The notes: generated by a model not told the origin, from the sequence alone. 64,000 nucleotides of DNA from Nitrosomonadales bacterium (GCA_025408405.1 JANYJE010000015.1:1573-65572), one strand, 5' to 3'; counted from the first letter of the stretch, positions 43,961 to 54,558 are shown. Translations and numbers: made by a program.

Positions 43961-44933
43961 ACACGGCGGAAAACTGAATGCGGCTGCCGCGGCTTACGGC
44001 ATAGCGCCGGCCGGGTGGCTGGACCTGTCCACCGGCATCAACCCCATTCCCTTTGCGCCGCCGCCGATTCCCGTGACAGCGTGGGCGCACCTGCCGCAGG
44101 AGCACGACGGCCTGGAACAGGCGGCTGCAACCTACTACGGCACCCGGGATATTTTACCCGTCGCCGGCTCGCAAGCGGCGATACAAGCACTGCCGCACCT
44201 GCGCAATCATTCCAAAGTCGGCGTGCTGCATCCCGGTTATGCCGAGCACGCACACGCCTGGCGCAACGCCGGACACGAGGTGGCGGACGTGAATGTCGAT
44301 GCAATTGACAACCACCTGAACAACATCTCCGTGCTGGTGCTGATGCAACCGAACAACCCGAACGGCGTTGTTTTTTCTCATGCGCAATTAAACGCATGGC
44401 ACGCACAACTGGCCCAGCGCGGCGGCTGGCTGATTGTGGATGAAGCATTTATCGAAGCGAGCATACAAGCAAGTGCGATCCAGACGCGCATGCCGCAAGG
44501 ATTGATTGTGCTGCGCTCACTCGGAAAATTTTTTGGCCTGGCGGGAGCGCGCGTGGGCTTTGTCAGCGCGCATCCGGCCCTGCTTGAGTCCATGCGCGAG
44601 CTGCTCGGGCCGTGGTGCATCAGCGGAGCTTCGCGCCTTGTGGCACAGGCAGCACTGCTCGACAACACATGGCAACTCGCCGCGCGCGCGCGCCTGCTGC
44701 AGGATGGCGTGCGTCTGGCACAAGTGTTGCACGATGCAGGGTTCTCGCCTGCCGGCGGCTGCGGCCTGTTCCAGTGGGTGATCAGCGATCAGGCCGAACG
44801 CATCCATCAACGCCTCGCCCGGCAGGCCATCCTTACCCGATTATTCGCACAGCCGCGCAGCCTGCGTTTCGGCCTGCCTGCAACGGCAGCAGATTGGCAA
44901 CGCTTGCGCGCTGCTCTGGAGCACACGGCATGA
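43953..44933 (+). CDS. cobD: L-threonine-O-3-phosphate decarboxylase (PLP aminotransferase fold)
   Basis: 326 aa with HGG near the N-terminus, PNNPNG, and [14 protein letters not shown] (the PLP Lys). Confidence 0.85.
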   Translation: MLEHGGKLNAAAAAYGIAPAGWLDLSTGINPIPFAPPPIPVTAWAHLPQEHDGLEQAAATYYGTRDILPVAGSQAAIQALPHLRNHSKVGVLHPGYAEHAHAWRNAGHEVADVNVDAIDNHLNNISVLVLMQPNNPNGVVFSHAQLNAWHAQLAQRGGWLIVDEAFIEASIQASAIQTRMPQGLIVLRSLGKFFGLAGARVGFVSAHPALLESMRELLGPWCISGASRLVAQAALLDNTWQLAARARLLQDGVRLAQVLHDAGFSPAGGCGLFQWVISDQAERIHQRLARQAILTRLFAQPRSLRFGLPATAADWQRLRAALEHTA

Positions 44934-46396
44934 GCGCCCGCACCCTGATGATCCAGGGCACCACCTCGGACGCGGGCAAGAGCACCGTAGTGGCGGGGCT
45001 GTGCCGCGTGTTGCGGCGGCGCGGCGTGCATGTGGTGCCGTTCAAGCCGCAGAACATGGCGCTGAACAGTGCGGTGACCGCAGACAGCGGCGAGATCGGG
45101 CGCGCGCAGGCGGTGCAGGCGCACGCGGCAGGGCTGCTGCCCAGCACCGACATGAATCCGGTGCTACTGAAACCGAACAGCGATACCGGCGCGCAGGTGA
45201 TTATTCACGGTCGCGCCGTCGCCAACATGGAAGCCTCTGCCTATCACGATTACAAGCAGGTGGCGATGACGGCGGTGCTGGCTTCGCATCGGCGGCTCTC
45301 AGACCAATTTGCAGTGATCATGGTGGAAGGAGCGGGTTCTCCCGCCGAAATCAATTTGCGTGCGAACGACATCGCCAATATGGGCTTTGCCGAGGCAGTG
45401 GATTGCCCGGTGATCCTGGTTGCGGACATCGATCGCGGCGGCGTGTTCGCGCATCTGGTCGGCACCCTGGAGCTGCTCTCCGCGAGCGAACAGGCGCGGG
45501 TACAGGGCTTTATCATCAACCGTTTTCGCGGCGACATCGCGCTGCTGCAAGGCGGCCTGGACTGGCTGGAAGAGTACACCGGCAAGCCGGTGCTGGGCGT
45601 ATTGCCCTACCTGCACGGCCTGCACCTTGAGGCGGAAGATGCGCTCCCTGCTGCGCGCAGCGCGGAAGCGGGAGCGGGCAAGCTGCGCATCGTGGTTCCC
45701 GCCCTGCCCCACATCAGCAACCACACCGACTTCGATCCCCTGCGTCTGCATCCGCAGGTCGAACTGATTTTTGTTGCTCCGCACGAGCTGCCTCCCCCAG
45801 CCGATCTGGCCATCCTGCCCGGCAGCAAGAATGTGCGCGCCGACTTGCTACGCCTGTGCGAACAGGGCTGGGGCGCCTATCTGGAAAAACACCTGCGCTA
45901 TGGCGGAAAACTGCTGGGCATCTGCGGCGGCCTGCAAATGCTGGGCACGCAGATACACGACCCGCACGGCATCGAAGGCGAGCCGGGCTCAAGCACGGGT
46001 TTCGGCTTGCTGGATTTGCACACCACCCTGGAACAGGACAAACAATTGCACAACGTCAGCGGACACATGCTGCCCGGCGATGTTGCCGTGACGGGTTACG
46101 AAATCCATGCCGGAGTGAGCTACGGGCTTGCGTTGCAACAGCCTTTCGCACGGCTAGCCGATGGGCGCCTGGACGGTGCCATCTCGCACGACAATCAAAT
46201 CATCGCCACCTATTTGCACGGCGTATTTGACTCGACTGCAGCCTGTGCCGCGTTGCTGCAGTGGGCGGGATTGCAGTCCGTGCAGCCGGTCGATTACCAC
46301 GCATTGCGCGAACAGAATTTTGAGCGTCTGGCGGACACGCTCGAAGCCCATCTGGACATGCCGCGCATCATGCAACTGCTGGGAGATGCTCCATGA
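44930..46396 (+). CDS. cobQ: cobyric acid synthase (CobQ/CbiP)
   Basis: [19 protein letters not shown] is followed by a C-terminal GATase with [10 protein letters not shown]. Its ATGA start overlaps the cobD stop. The longer track ORF (from 44612) is an out-of-context extension. Confidence 0.95.
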   Translation: MSARTLMIQGTTSDAGKSTVVAGLCRVLRRRGVHVVPFKPQNMALNSAVTADSGEIGRAQAVQAHAAGLLPSTDMNPVLLKPNSDTGAQVIIHGRAVANMEASAYHDYKQVAMTAVLASHRRLSDQFAVIMVEGAGSPAEINLRANDIANMGFAEAVDCPVILVADIDRGGVFAHLVGTLELLSASEQARVQGFIINRFRGDIALLQGGLDWLEEYTGKPVLGVLPYLHGLHLEAEDALPAARSAEAGAGKLRIVVPALPHISNHTDFDPLRLHPQVELIFVAPHELPPPADLAILPGSKNVRADLLRLCEQGWGAYLEKHLRYGGKLLGICGGLQMLGTQIHDPHGIEGEPGSSTGFGLLDLHTTLEQDKQLHNVSGHMLPGDVAVTGYEIHAGVSYGLALQQPFARLADGRLDGAISHDNQIIATYLHGVFDSTAACAALLQWAGLQSVQPVDYHALREQNFERLADTLEAHLDMPRIMQLLGDAP

Positions 46397-46905
46397 AACA
46401 ATTAATCCTGGGCGGTGCGCGTTCCGGCAAGAGCCGCCTCGCCGAACAACACGCCAGCGCCACCCGCTTGCCGGTGGTATATATCGCCACGGCGCAAGCC
46501 CAGGATGCGGAGATGCAGGAGCGCATCCTGCATCATCAGGCTCACCGTCCGCAACATTGGACTGTGCTCGAAGAGCCTCTGGCCCTGGCGCAAGCCCTGC
46601 GGGCTCATGCGGAGGAAGGACGTTGCGTGCTGGTGGATTGTCTGACGCTGTGGCTGAGCAATCTTTTGTGCCTGCCAGACGACTCACGCCTGCACCAGGA
46701 AACAGCGGCCTTGCTGGAGATACTGCCCAGCCTGCCCGGCGCGATTATTCTGGTGAGCAATGAAACCGGCATGGGGATAGTGCCGCTGGGTGAATTGACG
46801 CGGCGCTATTGCGACGAGGCAGGGCGCTTGCATCAGGCCGTCGCCGCGCATTGCGACAAAGTGATCTTAACCGTGGCGGGGTTGCCGCTGCAATTGAAAG
46901 GGTAG
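46393..46905 (+). CDS. cobU: bifunctional adenosylcobinamide kinase / adenosylcobinamide-phosphate guanylyltransferase
   Basis: 170 aa with the P-loop GGARSGKS and the strings VDCLTLW and VSNE. Confidence 0.9.
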   Translation: MKQLILGGARSGKSRLAEQHASATRLPVVYIATAQAQDAEMQERILHHQAHRPQHWTVLEEPLALAQALRAHAEEGRCVLVDCLTLWLSNLLCLPDDSRLHQETAALLEILPSLPGAIILVSNETGMGIVPLGELTRRYCDEAGRLHQAVAAHCDKVILTVAGLPLQLKG

Positions 46906-46907
46906 TG

Positions 46908-47963
46908 ATGAACGATTTTTCCTGGTTGCAACAAAAGATAAAAGCACTGCACGAAGATTCACGCAGCCAAGCTGTCACACGGCAGCTGCAACTGACCAAA
47001 CCACCCGGTGCGCTGGGACAGCTGGAAGGCCTGGCGCTACAGCTCGCCGCCATGCAGGGTGTTGCGCGGCCGCAAGTCGAAAAGATTTGGGTTGCGGTGT
47101 TTGCCGGCGACCACGGCGTGGCGGCAGAGGGCGTATCCGCCTTTCCGCAAGCGGTGACTGCGGAGATGGTGAAGAATTTTGCGCGCGGCGGAGCCGCTAT
47201 TTGTGTGGCCGCACGCGCAATCAGCGCACAGCTTGAAATCATCAACCTCGGCACGGCATTCGATACTGGCGAACTCAGCGGCGTGCTGCAATACAAGCTG
47301 GGCAAAGGCACGGCCAATTTTGCAGAAGCCGCCGCGATGACCACGGAACAACTGGCGTCCGCCTTGCAAGCCGGACGCGACAGTGCGCAACGCGCCCACA
47401 CACAGGGCACGCAAGTATTTATCGGCGGCGAGATGGGTATCGCCAACACTACCTCGGCGGCAGCCTTGGCCTGTGCATTGTTGCAACTGGCGCCGCAGCA
47501 ACTTGCCGGCCCCGGCACCGGTCTCGATGCAGCAGGCGTGGCGCACAAGGCACAGGTGGTGGCGCGCGCGTTGAGCTTGCACGCGGCACACCTGAGCGAT
47601 CCGCTGGAAGTGTTGCGGCGCCTGGGCGGTTTTGAAATTGCCGCACTTACTGGCGCCTTCATTGCCTGTGCACAACGCGGCATTCCGGTTTTAGTCGACG
47701 GCTATATCACCACTGCCGCGGCACTCAGCGCCGTGCGCATACAACCCGATGTGGCAAATTGGCTGATGTATGCGCATCGCTCGGGGGAGCCGGGGCATAT
47801 CCTGATGCTCGATGCATTGCGAGCGGAGCCGTTGTTGCAATTGGGCATGCGTCTGGGCGAAGGCAGTGGTGCTGCGGTCGCTGTGCCATTGCTGCGCATG
47901 GCGTGTGCATTACACAACGAGATGGCGACGTTTGCGGAGGCCAGTGTTTCGGAAAAGATCTAA
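46908..47963 (+). CDS. cobT: nicotinate-nucleotide--dimethylbenzimidazole phosphoribosyltransferase
   Basis: Strings [26 protein letters not shown], and GEGSGAA are present. The start is set at MNDFSWL (46908), 2 nt after the cobU stop. Confidence 0.9.
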   Translation: MNDFSWLQQKIKALHEDSRSQAVTRQLQLTKPPGALGQLEGLALQLAAMQGVARPQVEKIWVAVFAGDHGVAAEGVSAFPQAVTAEMVKNFARGGAAICVAARAISAQLEIINLGTAFDTGELSGVLQYKLGKGTANFAEAAAMTTEQLASALQAGRDSAQRAHTQGTQVFIGGEMGIANTTSAAALACALLQLAPQQLAGPGTGLDAAGVAHKAQVVARALSLHAAHLSDPLEVLRRLGGFEIAALTGAFIACAQRGIPVLVDGYITTAAALSAVRIQPDVANWLMYAHRSGEPGHILMLDALRAEPLLQLGMRLGEGSGAAVAVPLLRMACALHNEMATFAEASVSEKI

Positions 47964-48009
47964 TCCTTGGGAACGGAACGTTTGCGCATGCCGGCCCCCC
48001 TGGCATGCT

Positions 48010-48546
48010 TCAGCCAAGCCGTATTCCAATTACCGCCCCGAACTCAATCTGCCACCCCAGGGTGTCGCCCAACGCAACATCGCCAAGCAAAGCCAGCACG
48101 GCGCGGATACTCCCCCCATGCATCACCAGCCCGATCTGCCGCTGTGGCAACAGCACCACATCGCTCAGCGCTTCCTGCACGCGCCGCATCATCTGCTGGG
48201 CCGACTCGCCGTTGGGGGGCGTGTAATTCATGCTGTCTACGCTCCAGGCATCTATTTCATGGCGTGCGATAGCGTCCCAGCTTTTCCCCTCCCAATCCCC
48301 AAAGTGCATTTCCAGCAGGCGCGGATCGATATGCACTGCGCAGCGCTGCACCTGCGCCAGATGCTCCGCCAGACGCCGGGTGCGCAACAGCGGTGAGGTG
48401 ATAAGCAGCTCCACGGGCGGCAGCCAGTCCGACACTGCGGCGGCCTCGGCGGCAAAGCTGGTGGTCACTTCGATATCTAGCTGGCCGTAGCAGGTGCCGG
48501 GCGTGATCTCTGGCTGGGTGTGGCGGATGAGGTAAAGCGTTTTCAC
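48010..48546 (-). CDS. cobC: alpha-ribazole-5'-phosphate phosphatase (histidine phosphatase family)
   Basis: It begins VKTLYLIRHTQPE, which contains the RHG-type catalytic His motif. The GTG start overlaps the cobS stop (GTGA). Confidence 0.8.
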   Translation of the reverse strand: MKTLYLIRHTQPEITPGTCYGQLDIEVTTSFAAEAAAVSDWLPPVELLITSPLLRTRRLAEHLAQVQRCAVHIDPRLLEMHFGDWEGKSWDAIARHEIDAWSVDSMNYTPPNGESAQQMMRRVQEALSDVVLLPQRQIGLVMHGGSIRAVLALLGDVALGDTLGWQIEFGAVIGIRLG

Positions 48547-49325
48547 TTGGGCAGTGCTGCGAGCAGACCGAGGTAGAAAGCAATTTCGGTGAGTTGTTGC
48601 ACGGCACCCAAACAGTCGCCCGTATAACCGCCCAGGGTTGTTTGCAAACGCCAGGCGAGATAGGTGCGCATCAACAAGGCGGCAACCAGCGCGCTGCCCA
48701 ATGCCCACAGGCTCACCCCTGTGCATGCCAGCATGCCTGCGGCGCCTGCGCCAAACACAAGGGCTACGGCAAAGCTGGCATGGCTCATGGCTTGTGCTGC
48801 GGGTTTGGCGCGGGCGCTGTCGTCAATGCGCACGTAGCGCTGGGTGTAGATCAGGCTGGCGGCCAGAAGGCGGCTGATCACGTGTGCGGCGATCAGGGTC
48901 GCCAGCGCCAAGACCCATGAGTCACTGCCGAGTTGTTGCAGAGCGGCAAATTTAAGCAACAGCGCCAGCACTATGGCGATGACGCCATAGGCACCGACAC
49001 GCGAGTCTTTCATGATCGCCAGGATTTTTTCACGGCTGCTGCCGCCGCCGAAGCCATCGGCAAAATCGGACAGGCCGTCTTCGTGAAATGCACCGGTAAT
49101 GAGAATACTGGCGCTCATGCTCAAGAGCAGCGCGATGTTCTGCGGCAGAATTTGCGCCAGTCCCCACCATATCAATGCCGCCAAGCCGCCCACCACGAAA
49201 CCGACGGCAGGGAAATAACGTGCCGCCTGATCCAGCTGTATGGCGGAATGCCCCACCCACCTCGGCACGGGGAGGCGAGTGAAGAATTGCACGGCAGTGA
49301 GGAATAAACGCAATTGTTGCAGCAT
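48543..49325 (-). CDS. cobS: adenosylcobinamide-GDP ribazoletransferase (cobalamin 5'-phosphate synthase)
   Basis: 260-aa polytopic protein with FFTRLPVP...GAFHEDGLSDFADG. Confidence 0.9.
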   Translation of the reverse strand: MLQQLRLFLTAVQFFTRLPVPRWVGHSAIQLDQAARYFPAVGFVVGGLAALIWWGLAQILPQNIALLLSMSASILITGAFHEDGLSDFADGFGGGSSREKILAIMKDSRVGAYGVIAIVLALLLKFAALQQLGSDSWVLALATLIAAHVISRLLAASLIYTQRYVRIDDSARAKPAAQAMSHASFAVALVFGAGAAGMLACTGVSLWALGSALVAALLMRTYLAWRLQTTLGGYTGDCLGAVQQLTEIAFYLGLLAALPK

Positions 49326-49508
49326 GATGGGCTTGTTTTACGGTGTGGAGCAGACTAGCAGCGGGCACAGCACATGTCTAGCTTTTGAGAAGCCCTGAAA
49401 ATACACGGAGTGGATACTTTCCAGAGCCAAGCCTGAATCGCCAAATCACTTTCAGAATATTTTGTTACCATTTGACTAATCAGGGTTTTTAAATTTATAG
49501 TGTGCGCC

Positions 49509-49709
49509 ATGCAAGCCGAACTCGACGCCCTGGAACAAAAACTTAATCAATTGGTGCAGTTGAGCCTGCGCTTGCGCGCCGAAAATCACAAGCTGCGCCA
49601 GGATCTGGTGACTGCATTGAGCCACAAGCGCCAATGCGACGACAAAATCAACATTGCGCAATCCCGCCTTGAACATTTACTGACCATCCTTCCTGAAGAT
49701 ACTGCATGA
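49509..49709 (+). CDS. small coiled-coil protein upstream of zapA (TIGR02449/ZapB-like, name from memory)
   Basis: About 66 aa with heptad-rich sequence (LDALEQKLNQLVQLSLRLRAENHKLRQDL). Its stop overlaps the zapA start. Confidence 0.55.
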   Translation: MQAELDALEQKLNQLVQLSLRLRAENHKLRQDLVTALSHKRQCDDKINIAQSRLEHLLTILPEDTA

Positions 49710-50020
49710 GCGGCGATAAAATCAAAACGCTGGATGTCACCATCCTTGATCGCGAATTTCGTGTCGCCTGTCCCGATGATGAGCGCGCCGAACTACTGGA
49801 TGCAGTGGCTTATCTCGACCGGCACATGCGCGAGATTCGTGACACTGGCAAGATTACTTCGGTTGAGCGCATTGCCATCATGGCGGCGCTCAACATCGCC
49901 CACGAGCTATTAACCACGCGCCTTGGCAGTGGTTTTGACATGTCCGATTTTAAGCGTAGAATGAGTTCCATGCAGGCAACCGTCGACACAGTTTTAGCGG
50001 ATCAGGATGAGTTGTTTTAA
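49706..50020 (+). CDS. zapA: cell division protein ZapA
   Basis: 104 aa with ILDREFRVACPDDERAELLDAVAYLDRHMREIR...ERIAIMAALNIAHE. Confidence 0.85.
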   Translation: MSGDKIKTLDVTILDREFRVACPDDERAELLDAVAYLDRHMREIRDTGKITSVERIAIMAALNIAHELLTTRLGSGFDMSDFKRRMSSMQATVDTVLADQDELF

Positions 50021-50079
50021 TAAGACAACCAGCCCATCCACCAAGCCGTCAAAGTACGATGACTGAGTCATTAGTTATA

Positions 50080-50272
50080 AGTAATAGGTTTGCACCCTGC
50101 AGTGCTCGTCAGGCTCATAATTCTTTGAACCAATAAGCTTTGCTTAGGTCGCGCCCCTTAATGTTGCTGTTGTGCGCATCCCTTGCGGATGTACCTGATG
50201 CGACCGGGAACCGGCCCTCTTGAACCCAGGTTCAAGATATTGAGTCAACGGCACAGGCGGGGGGCTTTATTC
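50080..50272 (+). ncRNA. ssrS: 6S RNA (ssrS) candidate
   Basis: It occupies the conserved position immediately downstream of zapA. The string CUCUUGAACCCAGGUUCAAGA matches the E. coli 6S string CCUUGAACCAAGGGUUCAAGG. The 5' GCACCCUGCAGUGCUCGUCAGGCUCA can pair with the 3' UGAGUCAACGGCACAGGCGGGG around a central bubble. The ends are approximate. Confidence 0.6.
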
Positions 50273-50301
50273 GGGGCACAACATCATGGTTGCCCCATCA
50301 A

Positions 50302-50329
50302 TAATGCGACTTTGTCGCATTATTTTTTT
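50302..50329 (+). terminator. rho-independent terminator downstream of the 6S candidate
   Basis: AATGCGAC-TTT-GTCGCATT followed by ATTTTTTTG. It ends 12 nt before the ATG of the EVE-domain gene. Confidence 0.75.
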
Positions 50330-50340
50330 GTCTGGAAAAC

Positions 50341-50805
<465 letters not shown>

Positions 50806-50843
50806 TGGAATGGCGCGCAGCCTATCTGGCGCTCGCCGCAATA

Positions 50844-50922
50844 CGCAGGATGGGTGAAGGCCGCAAGGTCGCAATCCATCATCTGAACACGATGGGCTAC
50901 GCTACGCTCCACCCATCCTGCG
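50844..50922. repeat. REP-like palindromic intergenic element
   Basis: Perfect 13-bp arms, CGCAGGATGGGTG and CACCCATCCTGCG, flank an imperfectly palindromic interior. Translated, it gives the familiar GWVERS / MGYATLHPS pseudo-peptides of a widespread proteobacterial REP class (from memory). Confidence 0.55.
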
Positions 50923-50943
50923 ACTCTCGAAACATCCGCATAC

Positions 50944-51747
50944 ATGTTCAGCCCTGACTGGCTATTCGCCTATCTCGCGCTCGGCGCGGTCGCCGGTTTC
51001 CTGGCCGGATTGTTCGGCGTCGGCGGCGGCCTGGTACTGGTTCCCATACTGCTACTGATGTTCGATGCACAGCACTTCTCCGCCGCGCACGCGATGCACA
51101 TGGCGCTCGGCACGGCCATGGCGACCATCCTGTTCACTTCCATTGCCAGCATGCGCAAACACCACCAGCACGGCGCGGTTAACTGGCAGGTCGTGCGCCA
51201 CATCACCCCCGGCATCCTGCTCGGCACTGCCATCGGCGCACTGACAGCCTCCGCCATCCCGGTCAAGGGGCTCGCTATCTTCTTCGCCCTGTTCGTCTAT
51301 TTTGCCGCCGCGCAGATCCTGCTCGACAAGCGCCCGCACCCCTCGCGCCAGCTACCCGGCTTCGCTGGCATGAGCTTCGCCGGCACATTGACCGGCTGGC
51401 TCAGCAGCCTGGTCTCCATCGGCGGCGGCACCATCGTGGTACCCTTCCTCGTCTGGTGCAACGTGCCGATCCGCCACGCCATCGGCACTGCCGCCGCCAT
51501 CGGCTTCCCGATTGCGGTCGGCGGCACCATAGGCTACATCACCGTTGGATGGAGTACCCAAGGATTGCCGGACTCGCACCTGGGCTACGTCTATCTACCC
51601 GCCCTGCTCTGGGTCGCCTTTGCCACGGTGCTCACCGCCCCGCTCGGCGCAAAGGCTGCGCATCGCATGAAGGTGGAACTGCTGCGCAAACTGTTCGCCG
51701 TGCTGCTGATCGTGCTGGCGACGAAATTGTTGTTGAAGGTTTTGTAG
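50944..51747 (+). CDS. TauE/SafE-family anion (sulfite/sulfonate) exporter-like membrane protein
   Basis: 267 aa and 7-8 TM helices. The GVGGG(L/T) motif is duplicated (LFGVGGGLVLVP and SIGGGTIVVP). Confidence 0.8.
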   Translation: MFSPDWLFAYLALGAVAGFLAGLFGVGGGLVLVPILLLMFDAQHFSAAHAMHMALGTAMATILFTSIASMRKHHQHGAVNWQVVRHITPGILLGTAIGALTASAIPVKGLAIFFALFVYFAAAQILLDKRPHPSRQLPGFAGMSFAGTLTGWLSSLVSIGGGTIVVPFLVWCNVPIRHAIGTAAAIGFPIAVGGTIGYITVGWSTQGLPDSHLGYVYLPALLWVAFATVLTAPLGAKAAHRMKVELLRKLFAVLLIVLATKLLLKVL

Positions 51748-52017
51748 CGCGAAACCGCCAATGTCTAAAGCCGTTCGTGGTGAGCTTGTCGAACCATGAA
51801 TGGAGGTGCGCACAGTTGCCGGGGGTTGCCCGGCGGCAAGTTACTTTTCTTGGCAAGACAAGAAAAGTGACTGATGAAACTACTAGCCATTCGACTAAGC
51901 CCGCAAGCGGGCAAGTCGCTGGTTATAGCTGACGGTCTACCACCGGCGAAGTTGATTTATTTTTGAATATTCATACTTCGACAAACCCAGCATGAACTGC
52001 CTTTGTCGTCAGGCGAG

Positions 52018-52989
52018 CTACGCGCAATCAGCCTGGGCAAACTGCTCTCTGAAACTCGCCAGAAAGCGCTCCAGCTCGCTTACTGGCAAGCGGTTGACGC
52101 CTGCAGCTCCCTTGCGCCCGCCACCCGTTGCAAACTGCAGGCACAGCATATCTGCACCCTGCGGGTTGGAAACCGGCGCACGCACGCTGACCGTGTAATC
52201 CCCGTACTGGTTGACAGTAAATACGGCATGAGCACGTGCAGTGTTTTCACTGGCAAGCCTGTTGGCGAAGACACCGCTCACCCGCCGCGCCCAAGCCGCA
52301 TCCGGCATCACAAAGGCAGCACAGTGTGCATCTGCCTGCTGCGGGAGCAACGCTTCTGCCAGAGCCGTGTCCTCGCGCAACCCAGTTGCAAGTTTCACAA
52401 AAGCTGGCGACTCGGCGACAAACGCAAACGGATCGAAGTAGGGGCTTATTGCGCCGTACAGTTGTGCCGGGTGAAAATGCAGATCTGCCAGGCTGTCACC
52501 GTAGCCGTTGTAATTGAGGCACTCGCCCAGATGTGCCAGCGTTTGAATTTGCGCTTCATCCAGCCCTTCCGAGACAGCGAGTGCGCGTGCACTTTTCTCC
52601 AGATTGTCCCCAAAGGCGGCGGTGATTGCCCATCGGCGATATTGTCCTTGCAGGTGGCGATCCACCAGGATACTGGTGCACACTGCAGCGGACAGGTCGA
52701 TATGCGCGACCAGATTGCGATGCTGCGGCACCTCGCCGGCATGATGATGATCGAAGTATGCAACAATTGCCCCCGCCTCCAGCAAGCGCAGGAGCCCGGT
52801 GCGATTACTGTCCAGTGAAATATCCAGCACGGTTACGCGGTCACCCGCGCCTGCCTGCACCTGATCCAGCAGCTTGATGTCGCGCTTGACCCCGGTAACC
52901 AGTTCCGACGCCAGCGGTTCAGCCAGCCGTAATTGATGCAGAGCGCACAGGCCGTCTGCATCACCATTGAACACATCAATTTGGCGCAT
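52018..52989 (-). CDS. DHH-family phosphoesterase-like protein
   Basis: 323 aa with motif strings FNGDADG, VLDISLD, FDHHH, and ATGGGRKGAAG, the last being a GGGH-like variant. Its start lies 3 nt downstream of the cysC stop. Confidence 0.65.
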   Translation of the reverse strand: MRQIDVFNGDADGLCALHQLRLAEPLASELVTGVKRDIKLLDQVQAGAGDRVTVLDISLDSNRTGLLRLLEAGAIVAYFDHHHAGEVPQHRNLVAHIDLSAAVCTSILVDRHLQGQYRRWAITAAFGDNLEKSARALAVSEGLDEAQIQTLAHLGECLNYNGYGDSLADLHFHPAQLYGAISPYFDPFAFVAESPAFVKLATGLREDTALAEALLPQQADAHCAAFVMPDAAWARRVSGVFANRLASENTARAHAVFTVNQYGDYTVSVRAPVSNPQGADMLCLQFATGGGRKGAAGVNRLPVSELERFLASFREQFAQADCA

Positions 52990-52992
52990 GGT

Positions 52993-53661
52993 TTATTCCT
53001 GGCGAAAGCGCGGAGTGACAACGCGCATTATTTCCGACACGCTTTCCAGCACCGACATTCTGCTGGTGTCGACGAGTAGCGAGGGATTCTCGGGTGATTC
53101 ATAAGGTGCCGATATACCGGTGAAATCGCTGATAGCTCCCGCACGCGCTTTTTTATACAGGCCTTTGGGGTCACGCTCCTCACACACCTCTATGGCTGTT
53201 GCAAGATGCGTTTCTATAAAACGATCGGCCCCGACAATTTCGCGCGCCATGGCCCGATCAACACGATAGGGGGAAATGAAAGCCGTCACAACCAGGATAC
53301 CCGCATCATTGAACAGCTTGCATACCTCTGCAATGCGCCGTATGTTTTCAGTCCTGTCTTCCGGCGCAAAACTGAGATCGCGACTCAAACCAAAACGTAT
53401 GTTGTCGCCATCCAGCGTATAAGCCACATGGCCCATCCAGATCAACTGCTTCTCAAGTTCATAGGCTATGGTTGATTTGCCCGAGCCGCTTAATCCGGTG
53501 AGCCAAATGGTTGACGCCTCATGCCCAAGCAGTTGCGCCCTCTCTGCCGGAGTAACCTTGGTTTCGGTCCAGGTTATATTGCCACTCACGACTTCGCCAT
53601 GCTTGCGTCTGCGGTCGACAACAAGCCTGTTGGTTCTTCTCTCAACAATACTATCCACCAT
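52993..53661 (-). CDS. cysC: adenylyl-sulfate (APS) kinase
   Basis: TIWLTGLSGSGKSTIA, LDGDNIR, and FISPY motifs are present. It has a short N-terminal extension relative to E. coli CysC. Confidence 0.9.
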   Translation of the reverse strand: MVDSIVERRTNRLVVDRRRKHGEVVSGNITWTETKVTPAERAQLLGHEASTIWLTGLSGSGKSTIAYELEKQLIWMGHVAYTLDGDNIRFGLSRDLSFAPEDRTENIRRIAEVCKLFNDAGILVVTAFISPYRVDRAMAREIVGADRFIETHLATAIEVCEERDPKGLYKKARAGAISDFTGISAPYESPENPSLLVDTSRMSVLESVSEIMRVVTPRFRQE

Positions 53662-53854
53662 GCTGCCTCCACTCTGCCAAGCGTTGCAACTCTAAAACTG
53701 AGCAAAAATTCCCAATTAAAAACTTCGTCTACCAAGCCGCATAGAAACCCGAATCCTGAACCATACTACCCCAGAAATTTCATCCCTGGAAAAAGTATAT
53801 TGGAATTTATCTGCGTTCGAACAGCTATTTGACGGAAAAATAATGCACGCAAAT

Positions 53855-54558
53855 CTAGACGCCGAGGTAAGCACGCTGCACTGCATCGCTGCCTAGCAGC
53901 TTGGCCGCGCTGTCCGACAAGGTAATCAATCCGTTCTCCAGCACATAGCCACGGCTTGCGATTTCCAGAGCCAGTCTGGCGTTCTGCTCGACCAGCAGGA
54001 TGGAAATGCCCTGTGCTGCGATTGCGCGGATGGTCTCGAAAATCTTGTCCACCATCAACGGCGCCAATCCCATGCTGGGTTCATCCAGCATCAGCAATTT
54101 GGGCCTGCTCATCATGGCACGCCCCATCGCCACCATCTGCTGTTTGCCGCCGGAGAGGGTGCCCGCCAGTTGCGCGCGGCGTTCTGCCAAGCGTGGGAAC
54201 AGGGTATAGAGCTGTGCCAGCTCCTGCGCAATGGCGGCTTTATCATCGCGGCAATATGCACCCATCTGCAGATTCTCCTCCACGCTCATGCGCGCAAAGA
54301 CACCGCGCCCTTCCGGAACAAGCACCAGGCCATCGCGCACACGCTGATGCGTTGCGCAGTGGTGCAGCGAGCGCTCGGCATAGTGCACCTTGCCGGAGCT
54401 GGGCAGCAGCCCAGCCAGGGCTTTCAGCGCAGTGGTCTTGCCCGCGCCGTTGCTGCCAATCAGCGCCACCAGCTCGCCCTGCGCCACGTCGATATCCACG
54501 CCCTTCAGCGCCTGGATGCCGCCGTAAGACACTTTCAGGTTGCGTACTTCGAGCAGGT

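Noticed and set aside
44612-44929. 106-codon N-terminal extension of the cobQ ORF
   Set aside because: It overlaps the 3' end of cobD in another frame. The canonical CobQ N-terminus ([13 protein letters not shown]) begins just after the ATGA junction at 44930.
46745-47683. 312-aa minus-strand ORF antisense to cobT; also 41542-42267, 45299-45784, and 46154-46687 within the cob genes
   Set aside because: These are GC-driven open frames with Ala/Cys/Ser/Arg-rich low complexity. The + strand genes carry diagnostic cob motifs and translationally coupled junctions.
49326-49499. Possible second cobalamin riboswitch upstream of cobS-cobC
   Set aside because: Read on the minus strand, the region has no GCCACTG/B12-box or GGGAA...GGTG core strings. 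It looks like a plain divergent promoter region shared with the zapA operon.
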